Of a stretch of 64,000 bases of DNA, positions 37,790-45,835 are shown in pieces. The notes beneath the pieces were generated by a model, which made no database searches, had not been told where the DNA came from, and saw nothing but the letters and a program-made list of their open reading frames with translations. This DNA is from a virus (taxonomy: Duplodnaviria > Heunggongvirae > Uroviricota > Caudoviricetes), in the IMG/VR virus record IMGVR_UViG_3300028602_000006; one strand, 5' to 3'. The position numbers and the translations under genes were made by a program. Position 1 is the stretch's first letter. Each line of letters begins with the position of its first letter.

Positions 37790-38041
37790 ATGCCCACAAA
37801 AAAGAAAAATTCCAAGAAAGCAACGAAGTCCAAGAAATCAAATCTGAAGTGGTTTGATGTATCCGTCGAAAAAAAGATGTATGCCACGGGAAAGATCCGC
37901 TTCAAAGCCGAAAATAGCGACATGGCACTCCAAATCGTAAGAAATAAAATCGAAATTGGTGAAATCCAGACTTCTGAAGTGGAATGGGATGAACCTCAAT
38001 ACGAATATTGCAGTTTCGATACGACAGGCGATGTGGATTGA
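37790..38041 (+). CDS. hypothetical protein (paralog of 26097..26291)
   Basis: AAGGAG RBS before ATG 37790. Confidence 0.7.
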   Translation: MPTKKKNSKKATKSKKSNLKWFDVSVEKKMYATGKIRFKAENSDMALQIVRNKIEIGEIQTSEVEWDEPQYEYCSFDTTGDVD

Positions 38042-38247
38042 AACTTTGGAAATTAGAATCTTGTTTCACTCGTCCCGCCGCAAAGACAGCGAAGTGTTGT
38101 ATTTGCGATCAAGGCTTTCCCCTCGATACAAAATGGGGATGGAAAAAAGTTCCCGTTATGGTGAAAGAAGAACAGAACTCGAATTTCAGGGGAGATGATA
38201 CGGTTACTTTTGCTCACCCAAATTGTATGAAACAATTCCAAAAATAG
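38038..38247 (+). CDS. small Zn-binding hypothetical protein
   Basis: CCICD...HPNC; start uncertain (TTG overlap). Confidence 0.5.
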   Translation: MKLWKLESCFTRPAAKTAKCCICDQGFPLDTKWGWKKVPVMVKEEQNSNFRGDDTVTFAHPNCMKQFQK

Positions 38248-38255
38248 GATAGATT

Positions 38256-38483
38256 ATGAGAATTATCATAAATGATGGCTTTGGGAATGGAAATAATAAG
38301 GTTCTTGATACAGATATTCTCCCTCGTATCGGAGATTATCTATGCTTGGATTCCAATATGACCCCGCCTGTAAACCAAGTTATCCTTTACCCCGATGAAA
38401 AATTATTGAAATGGCTTTTGCCTACAGAGAAGCAATTAATACTTGAAAACATTGACGCCCTTGTTATTTTGAAACAATTTTGA
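38256..38483 (+). CDS. hypothetical protein
   Basis: ORF with RBS. Confidence 0.6.
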   Translation: MRIIINDGFGNGNNKVLDTDILPRIGDYLCLDSNMTPPVNQVILYPDEKLLKWLLPTEKQLILENIDALVILKQF

Positions 38484-38534
38484 TATTGACATTGTTCTCT
38501 GAATATGCCATGATACCAAAGAAAGGTAAAAACA

Positions 38535-38843
38535 ATGGAAACAAAACAGACAGAACATACAGCAGGAAATTGGGAAGCAGGGAAGGCGTATGCCCACGAT
38601 AAGAATTCGTGGTATGCAGTAGTATTTGCTCCCCAAAAAACAGGCCGTACCCATTCCCCTCGTGTGGCCGAAGCGTTAGGTCTTACTAGAGAAGAAGCCG
38701 AAGCCAATGCCAAGTTCATCGCCAAATCACCCGAAATGCTCAAGATTTTGAATTGGCTCGAAAAGGTTTTGTCTAACGGAGCAATCCCGACAAATGAAAG
38801 TGCTTGGGATATGGCCGAAAGAATTAGGAAAGTTATTGAATAA
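38535..38843 (+). CDS. hypothetical phage protein
   Basis: HTAGNW...EAEANAKFIAKSPEMLKIL. Confidence 0.7.
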   Translation: METKQTEHTAGNWEAGKAYAHDKNSWYAVVFAPQKTGRTHSPRVAEALGLTREEAEANAKFIAKSPEMLKILNWLEKVLSNGAIPTNESAWDMAERIRKVIE

Positions 38844-38902
38844 AGTTCTTTACTTTACCCACTGAATATGTCATGATATGCATATAAGAATAGGAGTAAA
38901 AA

Positions 38903-39094
38903 ATGCCAAAATCAGTAATTCTATCCGGACAAACTTATTGGGAACGCAAAAGCCCACATGGTGCAAAAGTTCGAATACTCGCAGACAATCCAGAACTCAC
39001 TAAAGAAATCAGGAAATTAAAAAAAGAAAACAAAGCCTTGAAATCCAAACTCGCTGAATATATGGAAGCATTTGGAAATGTGGAAACCTTGTAG
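38903..39094 (+). CDS. small coiled-coil protein
   Basis: GGAG RBS; TAG stop. Confidence 0.65.
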   Translation: MPKSVILSGQTYWERKSPHGAKVRILADNPELTKEIRKLKKENKALKSKLAEYMEAFGNVETL

Positions 39095-39102
39095 AAATTC
39101 CA

Positions 39103-39282
39103 ATGAAAAAATATAACTTGCAATACAATGTCGGTAACGCCAAGTATGTTGTTAATTTCACTGATGGTCACCGACGACACAACGATGGAAGTGCTTTCTA
39201 CGATATAAGAACCTTCAAAAATAAAAAGAAACAAGAATCATTCGTAAAAGAACTCATTGAAAAAGGTTTTGTTTATTCTTGA
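39103..39282 (+). CDS. small hypothetical protein (59 aa, not in track)
   Basis: YNVGNAKYVVNFTDG..HNDGSAFYDI. Confidence 0.6.
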   Translation: MKKYNLQYNVGNAKYVVNFTDGHRRHNDGSAFYDIRTFKNKKKQESFVKELIEKGFVYS

Positions 39283-39547
39283 CTCTACCCACTGAATGTG
39301 ATATAGTATGCGTATAATAAGATAAGAAAGGCATCTAATCCGGAATGTTGTAATTAGTCAAAAAGGGAATAATGATGCAGAACAATAAGGCATACCTCTC
39401 CCTACTTATCTTACCCACTGAATGCGCCCACCTATGTTCACGTATATGCCCACGTTCACGCATACATGAACAATAATTAAAATTAATACTTGACTTCCAC
39501 CTATAAATATGAGATGATATAGGAAAGATAGAGAAAGGGAATTAAAA

Positions 39548-39841
39548 ATGGCCACAAAAATAGAACAAATTGTAACTATCAATGTCCCTCTCGGCAAAAT
39601 GGATATAACCGTTGAAGAAATTGAAAAAATGTATCGGGATATTCAATTCTTGGAAGATGTCGCTCTCGTCCTCTCCAATCCCAAAGTCGTTGAAAAATCC
39701 GATGTTCCTTACAAAGAAGAAGATGCAAAAGCCCTGCTGAAACATTACTTCATCGAACAGGAACGCCCCGCAGATTTCGTCGAGGCAGTCTTCGGCAAGG
39801 TAAAGGATGTCTATGAATCCTTCGGAGTTCATACAAAATAG
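39548..39841 (+). CDS. hypothetical protein
   Basis: Promoter and RBS; TAG stop. Confidence 0.7.
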   Translation: MATKIEQIVTINVPLGKMDITVEEIEKMYRDIQFLEDVALVLSNPKVVEKSDVPYKEEDAKALLKHYFIEQERPADFVEAVFGKVKDVYESFGVHTK

Positions 39842-39911
39842 CTTGACATTTAATCCTAAATATGATTTAATCATTCAAACATCATAGCTAATTTAAAAAT
39901 AAGGATTTAAA

Positions 39912-40085
39912 ATGAGCAATACTCGAAGTTCTACTTGCAAGCACTGTGGACAATCAATCCGCTTGCATCGAGGCGTTTGGGTTCACGATGATCCTGACGA
40001 AGACCCAAAATCAGAAGACTACGGATGGGGAAAGTGTCTTCCAAATAAAGACGGATCTTTCGAGTACGCTGAACCAATAAAATAA
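39912..40085 (+). CDS. small Zn-binding protein (57 aa, not in track)
   Basis: CKHCG...WVH...C; AAGGA RBS. Confidence 0.55.
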   Translation: MSNTRSSTCKHCGQSIRLHRGVWVHDDPDEDPKSEDYGWGKCLPNKDGSFEYAEPIK

Positions 40086-40573
40086 CAAATTTTATCAGGC
40101 ATATTTCTCCCATAAGAAAAACGGACTCTCGCCAAATAGAAGGAAAGGGGTTTAAGAAAACCGTTCCCCATCCTGTCAGAAATAATGCCTCCTATCCCTG
40201 ACACAAATATTACCCTGTATTTATGTCAAAGATAAAACATAGTTAATATATAACCCATTAATAATAAACAAATAGTAATGGAGATTCTCAAAAGAGGGTT
40301 CAGTTTCCACGCCAGAAATAATGCGCTTGACAAATGAATAGAAATATGATAGCTAAAATAACAATTATCACGCTAGAAAATAGTTTATTTTTAGGCTTGC
40401 ATTTTGTTTCATAATATGATTTTATATTAGGCAGAAAATGAGAATCAGCGAAACAAAACGAAGTAAAAAAAAGATGAAAAAAAGTCTTGCAATCTTAAAA
40501 CAGATATGATAGATTAGTGTCAGAAAATGAGGACAGGCTAAATCCTCAAAACAAAAAGAAAAGGGAGAAAAAA

Positions 40574-41110
40574 ATGCAGAAAGACTTGGTACTCGCAATC
40601 GTTTCCGAAGCCCACAAAGGCGCAAATATCAAATTGTCTTGGCATCGGGCTTGCAAAACGAAAAAGACTTGCGCCGATGCTATCAGCAAAGAAGTCCACG
40701 CTGTCGGGCGGGTGGGCATTGATTACGACAATCAGAAAGCGGTCATTGCCAAACGGGAATCGGGCGAACTTCCCGAAGAATCCCAGCCGATATGGCATGG
40801 CAAGGGTGAGTGGGCGATTTTCCCCTACCTTATCCGCCATACGGTAACGGGTCAGTATTATCTGCGCCTTTATACGGGAACGGGGTCTGCGAAGCCCTCC
40901 GTTCAATTCTACCGCAACGGAAAAGCGGTCAGCTTTGAAAGCGTCGAAGCTGATTTGCTCGCATCGGAAAAGTCATCCGAACACGGCGATTGCTTCTGTT
41001 GCAAGGTCGAGGATATGACAGGAATCTCATGGGTTCCTGCGCCTCCGAAGATTGACAGGGATTCCGTTAAGGACGAAGCCCCTGCGGAAGCCGAAGCCGT
41101 CCCTGCGTAA
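40574..41110 (+). CDS. hypothetical protein, probably highly expressed
   Basis: Three tandem promoters (near 40326, 40397, 40488), GGGAG RBS, higher GC, terminator. Confidence 0.75.
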   Translation: MQKDLVLAIVSEAHKGANIKLSWHRACKTKKTCADAISKEVHAVGRVGIDYDNQKAVIAKRESGELPEESQPIWHGKGEWAIFPYLIRHTVTGQYYLRLYTGTGSAKPSVQFYRNGKAVSFESVEADLLASEKSSEHGDCFCCKVEDMTGISWVPAPPKIDRDSVKDEAPAEAEAVPA

Positions 41111-41131
41111 AAGTCAAGAAAAATCGTAAAG

Positions 41132-41167
41132 AAAATCCGCTCTCAAAAAGGGCGGATTTTTCTTTTT
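41132..41167 (+). terminator. intrinsic terminator
   Basis: AAAATCCGCTCT / AGGGCGGATTTT + T-run. Confidence 0.8.
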
Positions 41168-41322
41168 GTCAAGAATATTATTTCTAGCGTGAGAATCCAA
41201 AAATCAAAAAGAAGCATATCATAAAGCCACAAACAAATCAAGCATATATTTTCTGGCGTGAGAAAGGATAATCCTCCATAATTTTTGAAATATGATCTAG
41301 TTCAAAAATGGAGTAGATAATT

Positions 41323-41682
41323 ATGGCTAATCAAATATTAATTTCAGGTTTCAGCAAAGAAGCAATTAACGGAACATATAGCTATTGGAAACAAGTCAAT
41401 GGCTATGATGGATACCAAAAAGACTCTACCCATATAATTATCTATCAACCCAAATATGGAGAGTATTGCCAAACTCCCGCTTACTATATCCTAGAGAATA
41501 AACAATTAAGCGGAGCAATACCTAAATGGCTTCCTGTCGCTCGTATTGAAGGCACAAGCGTCGAAGGTACTTGGATCAATATGAAAGACTATGGTTCGGG
41601 AGAAACTACTACAGGAACCGTTATAGACGAATCTTCTTCTAGTTCCTCTTACAGAGAATCTAGTTCTTCTAGTTCCTCCTAA
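41323..41682 (+). CDS. hypothetical protein with poly-Ser tail
   Basis: GGAG RBS; ends DESSSSSSYRESSSSSSS. Confidence 0.65.
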   Translation: MANQILISGFSKEAINGTYSYWKQVNGYDGYQKDSTHIIIYQPKYGEYCQTPAYYILENKQLSGAIPKWLPVARIEGTSVEGTWINMKDYGSGETTTGTVIDESSSSSSYRESSSSSSS

Positions 41683-41900
41683 ACTAAAAAATCCATAAAC
41701 CATATTCCCCACGCCAGAATTCTATCAAAAATTCTGACAAATCATCTCATTATATCATATCCCCACCACCATTGTCAATACCTAATTATTTTTATTTTTA
41801 ATCATTTTAGGCTTGCATTCTCTCCCTAAATATGATTATATATAGGCATTGACAATAAGAAAAGGCAAATCGCCGAAGGTCAATAAAAGGAATAAATAAA

Positions 41901-42827
41901 ATGGCATCTATAAAGATATATGAAATGGTTACGGAACGGGTCGTCATCGCTATTGAAGACGCTATCAAACAGGCAGAAGCAGGAAACAAGTCACCCGTTG
42001 CACCTTGGCACCGCCCTTGGTTTCAAGCGGGGATTCCTATGAATCTTATTTCAAAAAAACCTTATCGTGGAATGAATGTCTTTATCCTCTCTATGATGGG
42101 CTTTGCCTCCCCCTATTTTCTCACTTTCAATCAGGCTAGTTCTCTCGGCGGGACAGTCAAAAAGGGTGAAAAGGGTATCCCTGTTATCTTTTGGAAGTGG
42201 CTCGAAGCAAGTAAAGACAAGGATGGGAATGCGCTCGACAAACCTAAAAAAATCCCTTTTCTGCGATACTATACTGTTTTCAATGTCTCTCAATGCGAAG
42301 GAATTGACGAAAACAAAATCCCTGAAATCCCTGTCAGAGAGTTCAATCCCATTGAAGACGCTGATAAAATCATAAGCAATATGCCCAACCGTCCCGAAAT
42401 TACCCATAATGAGGCACGAGCTTGTTACCGTCCCGCTATAGATTCTGTCAATATGCCCAAGCATGAATTATTTGACGGTGATGAAGAATATTACTCCACA
42501 ATCTTTCACGAGCTAGTTCATTCAACAGGACATTCCTCTCGCTTGAACCGAAAAGAAGTTATGGATAATAATTCTTTTGGCAATCATTCTTACAGCATTG
42601 AAGAATTGGTGGCCGAAATGGGAGCCGTTTTCCTCTGCAATGAAATCGGTTTGAATACCACCTTTGACAATAGCCTTGCCTATCTCAAATCATGGCTCGG
42701 AAAGTTGAAGGATGATACCAAAATGCTGATTACCGCTTCAGGCAGAGCGCAAAAGGCTTCCGATTATATCCTTGGAACATATGAAGACCCTAACGCCCCA
42801 AAAAATGAGAACAACGACGACGAATAA
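41901..42827 (+). CDS. ardC: ArdC-family antirestriction/ssDNA-binding protein with zincin-like domain
   Basis: PWHRPW, NLISKKPYRGMN, FLTFNQA..GGTVKKGEKG, YYTVFN, FHELVHSTGH, YSIEELVAE. Confidence 0.9.
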   Translation: MASIKIYEMVTERVVIAIEDAIKQAEAGNKSPVAPWHRPWFQAGIPMNLISKKPYRGMNVFILSMMGFASPYFLTFNQASSLGGTVKKGEKGIPVIFWKWLEASKDKDGNALDKPKKIPFLRYYTVFNVSQCEGIDENKIPEIPVREFNPIEDADKIISNMPNRPEITHNEARACYRPAIDSVNMPKHELFDGDEEYYSTIFHELVHSTGHSSRLNRKEVMDNNSFGNHSYSIEELVAEMGAVFLCNEIGLNTTFDNSLAYLKSWLGKLKDDTKMLITASGRAQKASDYILGTYEDPNAPKNENNDDE

Positions 42828-42852
42828 GTCAAGCAAATAATGAAAGAAAATT

Positions 42853-42880
42853 GCTCCTCTCTACGGGGAGCTTTTTCTTT
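42853..42880 (+). terminator. intrinsic terminator
   Basis: GCTCCTC / GGGGAGC + T-run. Confidence 0.75.
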
Positions 42881-42941
42881 TTGTCAATACTATTCTTTCT
42901 GACGTGAGGTTCCTAGATCTCCCAAAACCCAACCAAACGGT

Positions 42942-42989
42942 ATTATAGCACTGAATGATTCAGATGTCAAGATCATATTCTCTGGCGTG
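42942..42989 (-). promoter_or_regulatory. consensus leftward promoter with upstream CACGCCAGA box
   Basis: - strand CACGCCAGA-N10-TTGACA-17-TATAAT with TG at extended -10; faces ardC antisense. Confidence 0.7.
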
Positions 42990-43147
42990 AGTTCGATCTT
43001 CGAGAGAACTCTTGACCGTGAGTTCCCAATGCCCTCCAAATCCAATAGAAAAGTATAAAAAACATTAAATTAAGTATTGACTTATGCGCCGACCTATGAT
43101 ATTCTTATGTTTACAAAATAAGGGAATATAACTTAAAGGAATTAAAT

Positions 43148-43777
43148 ATGAAAATCCGAATTGAAAATCTTCCCGCTAATCAGAAAATCTCTTGCATCAA
43201 AGCTGTTCGTTTTGCCTTTGATCTCGGACTCAAAGAAGCCAAGGATGCTGTTGAATCCGCTATTTCTCTCTCCCGTTCAAAAGATTATTTCAGCATTGAA
43301 GGGGAAACCCGCAAAAATCTCGACTACCTCCGCAAATATATCTGCATGGATGGTATTGATCTTGAAACGCAATATCATCGTTGCGGATTGTTCTCTGCCA
43401 AGATTACGGAATTGAATATCCCCGAAGCTTCTGCGATCAAGACAACGGGCAATCAGGTATTCAATGTCCCCAACAATGAAGAAGGCAAGCAATTCATGGA
43501 AAGCCTTGCCAAGTATTTGAATCGCCCAAAGTATTCTATCAAGCGCAGGGGCAGGGGAACTCGTAAGAACAAAGGCAGTAACTCGGATATTCCTCTCTCT
43601 CATGCTGAATGGGTTGCGGTCTATCTTAATGAATCAAATCCTGCTATTGCACCTATTGCTCCGCAGAGTATTCCCGCTCCCCGAACCGACCACAATGTTC
43701 TCCCCAATATTGACTTGGTTCTCGCAAATGGAAACAAGGTCAGAGTGTCAGGCGCAAAGGCTATTCAAATAATCTAA
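43148..43777 (+). CDS. protein with N-terminal ribosomal bL12 CTD-like motif
   Basis: KISCIKAVRFAFDLGLKEAKDAVE. Confidence 0.65.
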   Translation: MKIRIENLPANQKISCIKAVRFAFDLGLKEAKDAVESAISLSRSKDYFSIEGETRKNLDYLRKYICMDGIDLETQYHRCGLFSAKITELNIPEASAIKTTGNQVFNVPNNEEGKQFMESLAKYLNRPKYSIKRRGRGTRKNKGSNSDIPLSHAEWVAVYLNESNPAIAPIAPQSIPAPRTDHNVLPNIDLVLANGNKVRVSGAKAIQII

Positions 43778-43843
43778 AGAGAATAAAGAAAGGAGTTAGA
43801 CATGAGGCGTTAGCATAAGTACTTACTCATTAATAATATAGAA

Positions 43844-43880
43844 TGAATCCCGCCTCGACTAACAGGGGCGGGATCATTCA
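43844..43880. terminator. GC-rich hairpin after bL12-like gene
   Basis: ATCCCGCC / GGCGGGAT; no clear U-tract. Confidence 0.5.
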
Positions 43881-44498
43881 TAAGGAAGTATAGCACAGAA
43901 TAAAACATATGTCAAGTAGAAAAGGATAGGAAATTACATACCAGATTGTATAAGGAATGTCAAGCAGAAAAAGTTTCACGTTAGAATTATTTTTTTATTT
44001 AGGGCTTGACAATAGGAGTCTAAAATGGTATAAGGCATAGGCAAACGACGGTCCGAAAAATCATGGGACTCCTAAAATTCCCGGGGATGCCTTAGCGGCT
44101 AGTTTGCGAACCTTTCTTTTGAGAAATGGCCATTTGCTTTTAAAAAAGTCTTATTAATTAATTATTTAATTCCTTAAATGCATAACATTAGTCGTGGCGG
44201 ACCTACTCTTTGGATAATAGAAAAAATCATATTGGGAAAGTGGGACTCCCGATATTTTTTTCACACCGGGAAAATTTTCAAAAAGTACAAATGGGATTAT
44301 TAAAAACTTCACTCAGGGATAGAACTTCATTACGCAGTGAATATTGGCTATTGGGTGAATAGAACATGGGACTCCTAAGAAGAAAGGGACTCCTGCCCAA
44401 AAAAATCACACCGGAAAAAATCACACAAACTATATTTCTTCTATAATAGGTAAAGCGCTTTACTAGTATGAATTATAGAAGTTATAAACTGCCCTAAT

Positions 44499-44561
44499 TG
44501 TTTTGTATAATATGTGTTATGTTTTGTATAATATGTGTTATGTTTTGTATAATATGTGTTA
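44499..44561. repeat. 21-bp tandem repeat x3 containing TATAAT
   Basis: TGTTTTGTATAATATGTGTTA x3. Confidence 0.9.
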
Positions 44562-44902
44562 TGAATATCGTTAAAATACTACCAGAATTGGATGAGCGTT
44601 TAATTCGTTTATTAAAAGAGGCTGAACAAATAGACATAGGCTGTGACAATAATGAAGATGCAATTGAAGAGTATGAGCATTATGATTGGGTTTCTAATTA
44701 TACAGAAATGGATATAAGTGATTTTGCTGTTGAAAAAGATATTCGGGAAGACAAATGGAAAATAAATTTAGAATCTGTGAAAATAGTTAGGGAAAATTAT
44801 AAAAACAATCTGGATATTATAAGGACGCCCAAACAATTACGATGTGTACAATACAAGCATATTGACAATAATTCTTGCTATAGATATTTTAAATTTAATT
44901 AA
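44561..44902 (+). CDS. hypothetical protein
   Basis: ATG at end of the repeat; track start 44498 is repeat-derived. Confidence 0.6.
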   Translation: MNIVKILPELDERLIRLLKEAEQIDIGCDNNEDAIEEYEHYDWVSNYTEMDISDFAVEKDIREDKWKINLESVKIVRENYKNNLDIIRTPKQLRCVQYKHIDNNSCYRYFKFN

Positions 44903-45075
44903 AACTGCATAACATTAGTCGTGGCGGGCATACTCTTTTATCTAACGATGGGACTCCTGCCCAAATAAAGGGACTCCAAAACGAAGTTGCAAACGGAAGT
45001 TTTAACTTTCCTAGTTATTTTTTCACACCGGGATATTTTTGAAAAGTACAAATTGCTTTATTGTATAATGTCTAT

Positions 45076-45366
45076 ATGAATAAGCTGCTAATAGAAGGAA
45101 CAGATTTAACGCTTGATATACGTCGGATGGATATCTTAGCTATAATTCCTCAATCTAAGCATAAAGAGGCTCATAAGGCATGTGGGTTAAATATCTCTAT
45201 TGATTATGATTTTGCTGAACGTGCATTTGAAGAACATATGAATAGGGTTATCGGGGGTGGTGATTGGGTACGTTGTATTATTGAATATGATGATTATCGC
45301 ATTCCTATAGATATTCATGGTGGTAATATTAATAAGAGTTATTTTGGCTATATTTTGTTCATTTAG
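45076..45366 (+). CDS. hypothetical protein
   Basis: TGTATAAT just upstream; TAG stop. Confidence 0.55.
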   Translation: MNKLLIEGTDLTLDIRRMDILAIIPQSKHKEAHKACGLNISIDYDFAERAFEEHMNRVIGGGDWVRCIIEYDDYRIPIDIHGGNINKSYFGYILFI

Positions 45367-45723
45367 TTTAACTTCCTGAATTAAACCATCGCTAACGGCT
45401 TTATTGAACATAGATTTGCCAGAGTCAGTGAAGTCAGTGCTTACGAAATCATTTCCTATTCCGACTCTATTGAGGAAATCATGGAACAGTATATATCCGA
45501 ATCCCTTTTTATTTGAATGTATCGTGATAAAGTAGGGGAGATATCCTTCTTTGAAATCGGCGGTATAGTCTACATCGGATTCATTCTATCCGCTATAGGA
45601 TTTATTTAATATTCCGTCGATCAGGAGGTTTTGTTCTTCTTTGGTGGAATCGGTGGAAATTTTAATCCATCCCGTTTGTTTACCTATAGACTGCCATTTT
45701 GATTTTGACAGTTTAATTTTCAT
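45187..45723 (-). CDS. leader-bearing gene with in-frame TAG at codon 46 (readthrough candidate or pseudogene)
   Basis: GGGAG RBS; MKIKLSKSKWQSIGKQTGWIK...YSG[TAG 45588-45586]NESDV...KKGFGYILF...DFTDSGKSMFNK. Confidence 0.65.
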
Positions 45724-45835
45724 ATTATTCTCCCATATTGATTGTGTTTTATTCAAAAAATAGAATTAAAATAACCTCCTTCAATGTTCTTCAAGGATTT
45801 AATTTGAGATTTAATGAAGAATTTATAGGTGACAA

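Larger units (their letters stand above)
4003..43110 (+). promoter_or_regulatory. Array of >40 rightward sigma70-type early promoters (span of the class, not one site)
   Basis: CTTG(AC/CA)-spacer-TGnTAnnnT recurs in intergenic gaps, e.g. near 5031, 6380, 19966, 20619, 22840, 24252, 26963, 31136, 31959, 35679, 38486, 39843, 43078. Confidence 0.8.
44175..45055. repeat. imperfect direct repeat blocks with GGGACTCC and TCACACCGG boxes
   Basis: GCATAACATTAGTCGTGGCGG and TTTTTTCACACCGGGA..AAAAGTACAAAT each twice; GGGACTCC about 6 times in 44065-44980. Confidence 0.8.

Noticed and set aside
2009-44000. Many - strand ORFs of the track inside the early region (e.g. 33347..33826, 37501..37923, 42051..42464)
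   Set aside because: They are antisense shadows of better + strand genes, with no RBS or promoter.
44041-44110. tmRNA-like tag frame GCA AAC GAC ... ALAA (ANDGPKNHGTPKIPGDALAA)
   Set aside because: No stop after ALAA and no tRNA-like 5' GGGG or T-arm-CCA domain nearby; treated as coincidence or an unknown hairpin.
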